From assembly GCA_043812915.1 (NCBI GenBank), contig JBDRLQ010000003.1, positions 128,047 to 192,046 on the forward strand: a stretch of DNA of 64,000 nt, written 5' to 3'. A program made the position numbers and the translations under genes. The notes beneath the pieces were generated by a model, which searched no databases, was not told the DNA's origin, and saw only the letters and a program-made list of their open reading frames with translations. Origin of the DNA: Candidatus Micrarchaeota archaeon (lineage in GTDB: Archaea; Micrarchaeota; Micrarchaeia; Anstonellales; Bilamarchaeaceae). Below, one piece after another: positions 58,465 through 64,000 of this stretch (position 1 is the first letter of the stretch; each line of letters begins with the position of its first letter).

Positions 58465-58473
58465 GTTTATAAG
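58465..58473 (-). promoter_or_regulatory. TATA-box-like element (cttataaac on the minus strand) upstream of the ATPase gene
   Basis: Lies 9-17 nt after the stop of the upstream coiled-coil gene and predicts a roughly 60-70 nt leader containing two hairpins. Confidence 0.4.
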
Positions 58474-58481
58474 AGCTCCAG

Positions 58482-60203
58482 TCATGATTCTTCCCACAGT
58501 TTTTTGATAAGTCTCTTTAGTTCTGTCCTCTTTCTCTTGAATTCCTTCTCCTCATCCTTTGTGAGCTCAAGCCTGTCCTTCACTTCCTTTGGCGTTGGAG
58601 CTTCCCCGCTGCTGGGTTCTGTTGGCGGCGGCGCTCCACCGCCTCCGCGCAGCTCGAGCAGCCTCGCTTCCCTTGAGAGCAGCGTCACTCTCTTGTTGAG
58701 GTTCTCGGAAGCGCTCTTGAGCTCCTGGAGAGAAGCCCGGATGTTATCGAGAGCCTCCCTCTTGGCGCGCACTTCTTCGGCAAGCTTGCTTACCTCTCCA
58801 ACTTCCTTGCCCTTAAGGGTGCTCTTGAACTTCGCCATCTCTTCCTTGGCTTCCTTCTTTGCCGCCAGGACATCCTCCTTCGCTTTCTTCATCTCATTAT
58901 CAAGGCCTTCCAGCTCCTTCCGGTAGTTGTCGATTGAGGGTGCTATTCTCTCCTTGATTTTCTGGAATGTTAAGTATGTCGATTTTTCATCCTCTAGCGA
59001 AGCCGAGAGGCTGTCCGATTCCCTGCGCAGCGACTCCACCTTGTGGCCAATCCTCTTGCTCAGCTCCTCGAATTCCCTGATTGTCACCTGCCTTCCGCCC
59101 ACGGCATCAAGGATTTTCTTGAGCGAGTTGTTCTGCTCCTCAACCCTCGCCTCTTCCTCCTTGATTTTCTCAACTTCATCCGCCAGTTTCTTGGCTGACG
59201 GGAAGCGCGTAAGTATCCCTCGTGCGACTTCCAGGGAATCGGCGAACCTTTCAACGGTATCCGCGTTCTCCCGAACGTGCTTTACTATCTCACTGCTCCT
59301 TTTCTCCAGCACGTCCGCCTCTTTCAGCGTGGCTGCAACATCCTTCTGGAGTTTCGTCATCTGTTTTTCGTGGCCCTTGAGCGAGGAGGTAACCTCACTC
59401 AGGATTCCCTGGGTCTCCTGGATGTTGATTAATTCCTCCCTCAGGCGCGCATTCCTGCTCTTGATGTCCGTGAACTCCTTCCGCATGGCCTCGAATTTAT
59501 TCTTGATTTCATGCATGTCCGGGAGCTTGACGTCCTGGGGCAGGCCCTTTTGCTGCTGGGCGGTCCTTTCCCTGAGCGCATCCCCTTCCTTCTCCAACTC
59601 GGCAAGCTCTTTTTTGAGCTGCTCTATCCTCTCAAGCGAGAGCGTGCTCTTTCCCGCCTTTATTCCCTTGCCCATGGTGTCCAGTTCCGACAATGCTTCG
59701 GAAAGCGACTGCTTCACTTCGTCAAGCCTGCCGGCAAGCTCGTCCAGCTTGTCTGACTTGGTGTCGAAAGAGCCTTCTGCCAGCGCCCTTTTTGCAAGTG
59801 CGGGCGAGGCCGCTTTCTCAAGCTTCTCCAGGCGCGGGTGAACTTTCTTGTAGAATTCCTCGAATTGCGCTTCGAGTTCAGAAATGCTTTCTATCTCCGG
59901 AGAAATCCGGGTCTTTACTCCTTCCACTTCCTTCTGCAGGGTCTCCCTCTCGGAATAGAACGATTCCCTCTCCTCCTCTATTTCTGATTCGGTCGGGGTG
60001 ACCCACACAATGTAGATTTTTGTGAGCCGGTACTCCATGGAAAGGATTCCCTCCTCCTCGAGCACCCTTGCCCACTCCTCGATTGTTGAGATAGGTATAT
60101 TCAGGAGCCGCGAGCATTCCTCAAGTTCGATTTTCCCCTTCCTTTTGACAAGACGCACTAATGCATCTACGCCTGTAGTGATGAGGAGTTCATCGAATTC
60201 CAT
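58482..60203 (-). CDS. Hypothetical protein: N-terminal winged-helix-like module plus a ~480-aa coiled coil
   Basis: 573 aa. The N-terminus GVDALVRLVKRKGKIELEECSRLLNIPISTIEEWARVLEEEGILSMEY is followed by a continuous heptad-like Glu/Lys/Leu-rich sequence. It is the first gene of the pilus gene string. A TATA-like attaataaag at 60225-60234 is centred about 27 nt upstream of ATG 60203. Confidence 0.55.
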   Translation of the reverse strand: MEFDELLITTGVDALVRLVKRKGKIELEECSRLLNIPISTIEEWARVLEEEGILSMEYRLTKIYIVWVTPTESEIEEERESFYSERETLQKEVEGVKTRISPEIESISELEAQFEEFYKKVHPRLEKLEKAASPALAKRALAEGSFDTKSDKLDELAGRLDEVKQSLSEALSELDTMGKGIKAGKSTLSLERIEQLKKELAELEKEGDALRERTAQQQKGLPQDVKLPDMHEIKNKFEAMRKEFTDIKSRNARLREELINIQETQGILSEVTSSLKGHEKQMTKLQKDVAATLKEADVLEKRSSEIVKHVRENADTVERFADSLEVARGILTRFPSAKKLADEVEKIKEEEARVEEQNNSLKKILDAVGGRQVTIREFEELSKRIGHKVESLRRESDSLSASLEDEKSTYLTFQKIKERIAPSIDNYRKELEGLDNEMKKAKEDVLAAKKEAKEEMAKFKSTLKGKEVGEVSKLAEEVRAKREALDNIRASLQELKSASENLNKRVTLLSREARLLELRGGGGAPPPTEPSSGEAPTPKEVKDRLELTKDEEKEFKRKRTELKRLIKKLWEES

Positions 60204-60224
60204 GAGCTAGATATCATTCAGCAC

Positions 60225-60325
60225 ATTAATAAAGATTATGACGGTCTCCGGGAAGTTATGGCGCCGTTGATGCTGTTTTTTTCATGATATGTGTGAGGGA
60301 ACTGAGACAAGTTAATAAACATTTT
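60225..60325. promoter_or_regulatory. Divergent promoter region with two TATA-like boxes
   Basis: attaataaag (60225-60234) serves the minus-strand gene at 60203. gttaataaacatttt (60311-60325) serves the plus-strand gene at 60351/60360. Confidence 0.4.
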
Positions 60326-60359
60326 GGAGATAGATAAGTAGAAACTCAGTGTGGTGCCG

Positions 60360-61886
60360 ATGAAGCAAGGTGCGGACTATAGGATTACTAAATTAGAGAA
60401 GGGCCCTCTCCAGAGATTCAAGAATCAGAATCTTATCCTGAAAAAATTCGGGGAGTCAGGCCTCCAGATTTACAAGGCCATTACCGGAAAAAGGACTTCA
60501 AATGAGCTGAAGGCAGACCTCGGAATTGATGATGATGTTTTTTACAGCGCGCTCAGCTTCATGGAGGAGCAGGGCATGCTGGAGCTCACGCCCGCTGATG
60601 CCCAGAGGCCTCCTGCGCCGGCCGATGAAGAGCTCGAAATAGAAGAAGGGGAAGCTCCGGAAGAGGCACCCGAAGAGGCCCAAGAAGATTCACATGCCGA
60701 GCTGGAGGAGCTCCCTCCGGATGATGAGGAAGCGCCCGATGAAGAGGCGGCTCCGCTTGAAGAGGAGATTGAGGCACCTCCTGAAAATGAGGATGAGGAA
60801 ATCACCCACGAGAGCGCTGAGGATGAGATAAAGCCGATTACTTTTGACGATATGGACGAGGAACCTCCTGAGGACGAGAAGCCCAAGGGGGAGGATGAAG
60901 AGGAGCCCCAGCCCGAGGAGTACAAGCCTGAAGAGGAAGCTCCCGACGAGGAGGAAGCGCCCGAAGAAGAGCAGCCCGAGGGGGGGCAAGAGGGTGACAT
61001 TGAGCTCGAGGGCCAGGGTGATGAGCTTCCATTGGAGGACGAAACCCTCAGTCCCGTGGAAAAAATAATCAAGGACAAGTATGGGGATACTGGTCTTAGG
61101 GTGTACGCGCTTATTGATGGGGCGAGGACTGCTGAGGAAATCATGAATGACACTGGCCTTACTGAGTCCAAGCTTGTCGAGATTCTTGACTTCATGGATG
61201 CGCAGGGGATAATCAAGCTTGACTACCCGAAAGGGAAGCCGCCTCCAAGAGGCGGAAAGAAAGAGAGGGCTAGTGAGCCTAGCGCTTTCGGCGGGCGGAG
61301 AGACACCGGCAGATATGCGCCACCGGTCCTGCCAAAGGAAAAATCGGGAGGGCCCGGCTTTGCACCCATGATTGAGGATGATGATGCGCTTGAAGTTGCC
61401 AGAGGAGTTTCATCTCCGGTGGAAAAGCCTGTCAAGGCCCCGGTCGATTTAATCAAATCAGTGCAGATGAAGACCAAAATCATGTTCAAGTTCGGGAAGA
61501 AGGGCAGCAAGGTGCTTGAATTAATCGATGGCAAGAACGATGTCATCGATATCGCGCTGAAGGCGGATATTCCGCTTTATACGGTCGTCGAAGTGCTCTC
61601 GTTCCTTCTTGAGAATGGATTCGTCCTTCTCAAGCCGCTGACAAGAAGTGACGTACACAAGAAATACGGTGATGATGGCTACTCGGTGTACAAGGTCTAC
61701 GGGAAAGAGGGCCTGATGCTATACGAGCTCATCGGAAAGGAGCTTACAATAAGGCAGATGGCGGACAAGATTACCAAGGAGCGCGCGATGATTGTGGACA
61801 TGTTCATATTCATCCACCAGGTCCTTGGCATAGAGCTCCCGATAGACAAGGACGTCCTCATGAAGCAGCTGGAGCTTAAGGGCTAG
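60360..61886 (+). CDS. Hypothetical protein with four winged-helix-like modules and a long acidic linker
   Basis: The track ORF starts at GTG 60351. The four modules fit the pattern kyG..G..vY.lI.G.rt..EI....gl....v.eil.fl...G.i.L. Examples are FGESGLQIYKAITGKRTSNELKADLGIDDDVFYSALSFMEEQGMLEL and YGDTGLRVYALIDGARTAEEIMNDTGLTESKLVEILDFMDAQGIIKL, with two more in the C-terminal third. About 140 aa of Glu/Pro/Asp/Ala-rich linker follows module 1. Confidence 0.55.
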   Translation: MKQGADYRITKLEKGPLQRFKNQNLILKKFGESGLQIYKAITGKRTSNELKADLGIDDDVFYSALSFMEEQGMLELTPADAQRPPAPADEELEIEEGEAPEEAPEEAQEDSHAELEELPPDDEEAPDEEAAPLEEEIEAPPENEDEEITHESAEDEIKPITFDDMDEEPPEDEKPKGEDEEEPQPEEYKPEEEAPDEEEAPEEEQPEGGQEGDIELEGQGDELPLEDETLSPVEKIIKDKYGDTGLRVYALIDGARTAEEIMNDTGLTESKLVEILDFMDAQGIIKLDYPKGKPPPRGGKKERASEPSAFGGRRDTGRYAPPVLPKEKSGGPGFAPMIEDDDALEVARGVSSPVEKPVKAPVDLIKSVQMKTKIMFKFGKKGSKVLELIDGKNDVIDIALKADIPLYTVVEVLSFLLENGFVLLKPLTRSDVHKKYGDDGYSVYKVYGKEGLMLYELIGKELTIRQMADKITKERAMIVDMFIFIHQVLGIELPIDKDVLMKQLELKG

Positions 61887-62269
61887 ATTCTGCCAAGCGA
61901 AATCCGCTCCAGCGCGAGCGGCTCGGCCTTTTTCTTCATATTGAGGGGCTTCTCCCTCATTTTCAGTTTATTCAGATCCATCCCTCCCTTGAGGAACACC
62001 AGCAGGAAATCCTTCCCGCTCTCCGCGCCCGTTGCCTTCAGCGCGCGCCTTATATCCGTCTTCCCGGAGAGCCAGAGCAGGAATTCATACTTCAGTTTCT
62101 TGGCGATATTCCTCTTCTTCTCAAAGGCGTCGCTGGCCAGGTGGAGGGCGAGCATGAGCTCCTCATCGGACTGCACGCAGTCCGGCCGTATCGCAACTGC
62201 TTCCTCGTCAATGAGAAGCCCCTCGATTTCCTCAGCCGAAAGGGAGCTTGACGCCTTGAGCACTATCAT
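61883..62269 (-). CDS. cgi121: KEOPS complex subunit Cgi121
   Basis: ALHLASDAFEKKRNIAKKLKYEFLLWLSGKTDIRRALKATGAESGKDFLLV aligns well with my memory of the archaeal Cgi121 core. The ORF is open to ATG 62332, but MIVLKASS at 62269 matches the family N-terminus and lies downstream of the TATA-like gttttaaaatc at about 62305-62315. Confidence 0.6.
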   Translation of the reverse strand: MIVLKASSSLSAEEIEGLLIDEEAVAIRPDCVQSDEELMLALHLASDAFEKKRNIAKKLKYEFLLWLSGKTDIRRALKATGAESGKDFLLVFLKGGMDLNKLKMREKPLNMKKKAEPLALERISLGRI

Positions 62270-62360
62270 AACTGGATTCCACCGTATTTTCGTCCTATGA
62301 CAATGTTTTAAAATCTCTCCAATCAATAGCAATAGCTACCAACTTCTATAAGTGATAATT

Positions 62361-62744
62361 ATGGATGAGTATCATAGACCTCATGGCAAGAAAGTAGGCT
62401 CCGGAACCGGAGGCCGAAGAAGGAAGGCAAGGGACAAGAAGCTCTCCCATATCGGGGGCGTATTCAGCGCGACCAAGGTCAGCCCCAAGGATGTCCGCAA
62501 GGAGAAACGGACAAGGGGTGGCAACCGCGGCATCAAGCTCAAGAAGGCCGCATTGGTCAATGTCATCACGAAAGAAGGCGGCAAGAAGACTGAGATTGTT
62601 CGTGTCATCGAGAGCCACAATCCAGAATTCGTGAGAACCAACACCATCACAAAGGGCGCGGTTTTAGAAACCAAGCTCGGGAAAGTGAGGGTGACCAACC
62701 GCGTCGGGCAGGATGGAGTTGTGAACGGCGTTCTCTTGGCTTAA
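62361..62744 (+). CDS. rps8e: 30S ribosomal protein S8e (eS8)
   Basis: MDEYHRPHGKKVGSGTGGRRRKARDKKLSHIGG...GGNRGIKLKKAALVNV...VRVTNRVGQDGVVNGVLL is the S8e pattern. The track ORF starts at GTG 62352. Confidence 0.85.
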   Translation: MDEYHRPHGKKVGSGTGGRRRKARDKKLSHIGGVFSATKVSPKDVRKEKRTRGGNRGIKLKKAALVNVITKEGGKKTEIVRVIESHNPEFVRTNTITKGAVLETKLGKVRVTNRVGQDGVVNGVLLA

Positions 62745-62774
62745 TGTTTCCTTTTTACTTTCTTTTTGGGCTTT

Positions 62775-64000
62775 TCAGCTGATTTTCCCATCCTTTATCT
62801 TGGTGGTCTTGAGCCTCTGCCCTCCGGCTGAGAGCGCCTTCCCTTCCGCCAGGGCCAGGTAGTCCTTTACTTCAAGCTTCACTTTGCCGAATTCCTTGAA
62901 CGAGATATGCCCCTTCGGCTTGCTTTCTATTCCTTCCGCTGTAATCTTGTCGCCGACTTTAGCGTCCTTGCAGTCAAAGACTTCCACCATGTCTCCTTCC
63001 GTATCTGCGACAAGCAGCATCCCCTGTGATTCCACCCCGCGCAGCTTTGCCGGCAGCAGGTTGCGCAGCACCACAATCCTCTTTCCTAAAAGCTGCTCCT
63101 CGCTGTAGTGTGGAACGAGCCCGGAAACAATCTGGATTTCCCCATCGCCGAGCCTCACTTTCTCTATGTAGAGCTTCTCGGCGTCAGGATGCCTCTCGAT
63201 AGCAGTGATTTCGCCGACTTCAAGGTCAAGGTCTAAGAAAGATACGACTGGGGTTTTTGGGGCGTCCTTCTCCTGAATCTCTTTTGGGTCAAGCTTCGTG
63301 AAGAGTATTTTTGCATCCCCGACCGGATGGCCGCTATGAACTGACATATCCCCAAGGTTATTCCATTCCTGCGCCTTGATATTCAGCTGCGAGAAAATCC
63401 CATTTGACGTGTGTGGCATGTATGGCGCTACTAATATTGCCGCGTCCTTGACCTGGTTTATAAGAACATACAGGAGAGTTCCCGCCCTTTCCTTATCACT
63501 CTTCACAGCCTCCCATGGCTTGTTGTCCTGGAAGTATTTGTTCGTGTTTTTCGTGAAGTGCATTATGTGCTGCAGCGCTTCTTTCAGTTCCATATCATCG
63601 AGAAGCCCAGTCACTGTTTGGATCGTTTTTTTCTGGGCTTTGAGGAATTCCTCATCCACGTCCTGAAGCCTGCCCTCCGGCACTTTCCCGTCAAAGTTGT
63701 TCTTGAGGAAAACCATGGTCCTATTTACAAGATTCCCCAGGTTCGCAAGCAATTCGGTGTTATTCTTCTCAACCAATGCCTTTTCCGAGAAATCCCCGTC
63801 GTCGAAGGTAGGGACCTCGCTGAGAAGGCAATATCTGAGCGGGTCGACGCCATATGTTTTCGTAAGGAAAAAAGGATCTATGATATTGCCAAGGCTTTTG
63901 CTCATTTTCTGTCCTTCAACCGTGATGTATCCATGCACGAAAATCGTTTTTGGCAATTCCAAGCCCGCGGACAACAGAATTGCCGGCCAATACACTGCGT
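62775..64000 (-). CDS. metG: Methionyl-tRNA synthetase, C-terminal part (5' end beyond the window)
   Basis: The sequence shows KMSKSLGNIIDP, an anticodon-binding helical domain and a C-terminal EMAP/Trbp111-like tRNA-binding domain (DLEVGEITAIERHPDAEKLYIEKVRLGDGEIQIVSGL...LRGVESQGMLL). The frame is open to the window end. Confidence 0.85.
   Translation of the reverse strand, partial: AVYWPAILLSAGLELPKTIFVHGYITVEGQKMSKSLGNIIDPFFLTKTYGVDPLRYCLLSEVPTFDDGDFSEKALVEKNNTELLANLGNLVNRTMVFLKNNFDGKVPEGRLQDVDEEFLKAQKKTIQTVTGLLDDMELKEALQHIMHFTKNTNKYFQDNKPWEAVKSDKERAGTLLYVLINQVKDAAILVAPYMPHTSNGIFSQLNIKAQEWNNLGDMSVHSGHPVGDAKILFTKLDPKEIQEKDAPKTPVVSFLDLDLEVGEITAIERHPDAEKLYIEKVRLGDGEIQIVSGLVPHYSEEQLLGKRIVVLRNLLPAKLRGVESQGMLLVADTEGDMVEVFDCKDAKVGDKITAEGIESKPKGHISFKEFGKVKLEVKDYLALAEGKALSAGGQRLKTTKIKDGKIS

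Noticed and set aside
55680-59841. Long plus-strand Ser/Phe/Leu-rich ORFs (55680..56510, 57925..58926, 58927..59841 and others) opposite the pilus-locus genes.
   Set aside because: These are antisense shadows of GAR/AAR-rich (Glu/Lys) coding sequence. Low-complexity Ser-rich products and the lack of promoters argue against them.
60270-60310. A C/D-box-like sequence (ATGATAT ... CTGA) in the divergent intergenic region, and a similar ATGATA near 28543.
   Set aside because: Only one imperfect C box and one CTGA are present. There are no C'/D' pair, no terminal stem and no plausible guide spacing.
60542-61216. A 224-aa minus-strand Ser/Gly-rich ORF opposite the acidic linker of the four-module protein.
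   Set aside because: It is a shadow of the GAA/GAG-rich linker. The plus-strand frame continues into clearly structured repeat modules.

Overview
The window is a contiguous stretch of archaeal chromosome, moderately GC-rich by eye and densely coding. Archaeal origin is supported by several features:
- split RNA polymerase genes in the order rpoH, B'', B', A', A'', followed by L30e and NusA
- the L44e-S27e-aIF2alpha-Nop10-PAC2 cluster
- MCM, GINS and a RecJ/GAN-like DHH nuclease
- KEOPS subunit Cgi121
- a tRNA-Thr carrying an intron
- TATA boxes roughly 25-30 nt upstream of many start codons, implying leaderless or short-leader mRNAs

The lineage cannot be fixed from sequence alone. The split rpoB, the Methanococcus-type S-layer termini and the Epd/Tad-like pilus genes fit a euryarchaeal or DPANN-like organism.

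Housekeeping content:
- six aminoacyl-tRNA synthetases: ProRS (partial), TyrRS, AspRS, LeuRS and MetRS (partial), plus the tRNA enzymes Trm5 and RNase Z
- apgM, the GMP synthase GATase subunit, SurE, a UvrD-like helicase and a presenilin/SPP-type protease

I found no rRNA, CRISPR array, transposase or integrase.

Two accessory regions stand out.
1. About 7.6-17.8 kb: the S-layer gene is followed by five orphan genes. Two are paralogous lipobox proteins built from alternating Asp-X arrays. One is a secreted coiled-coil protein. One is a 697-aa protein with no lysine at all, and its neighbour has a single lysine. The region looks GC- and composition-shifted.
2. About 52.5-61.9 kb: an Epd/Tad-like type IV pilus locus (pilin, two half-size platform proteins, ATPase). 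It is interleaved with two large Glu/Lys-rich coiled-coil proteins and faces a divergent protein made of four winged-helix-like modules.

Also notable are an extremely His-rich ORF lying between two metallo-nuclease genes and a four-repeat Ig-like surface protein with a sorting-signal-like C-terminus.

All functional calls rest on my reading of the translated ORFs. No database search was run.
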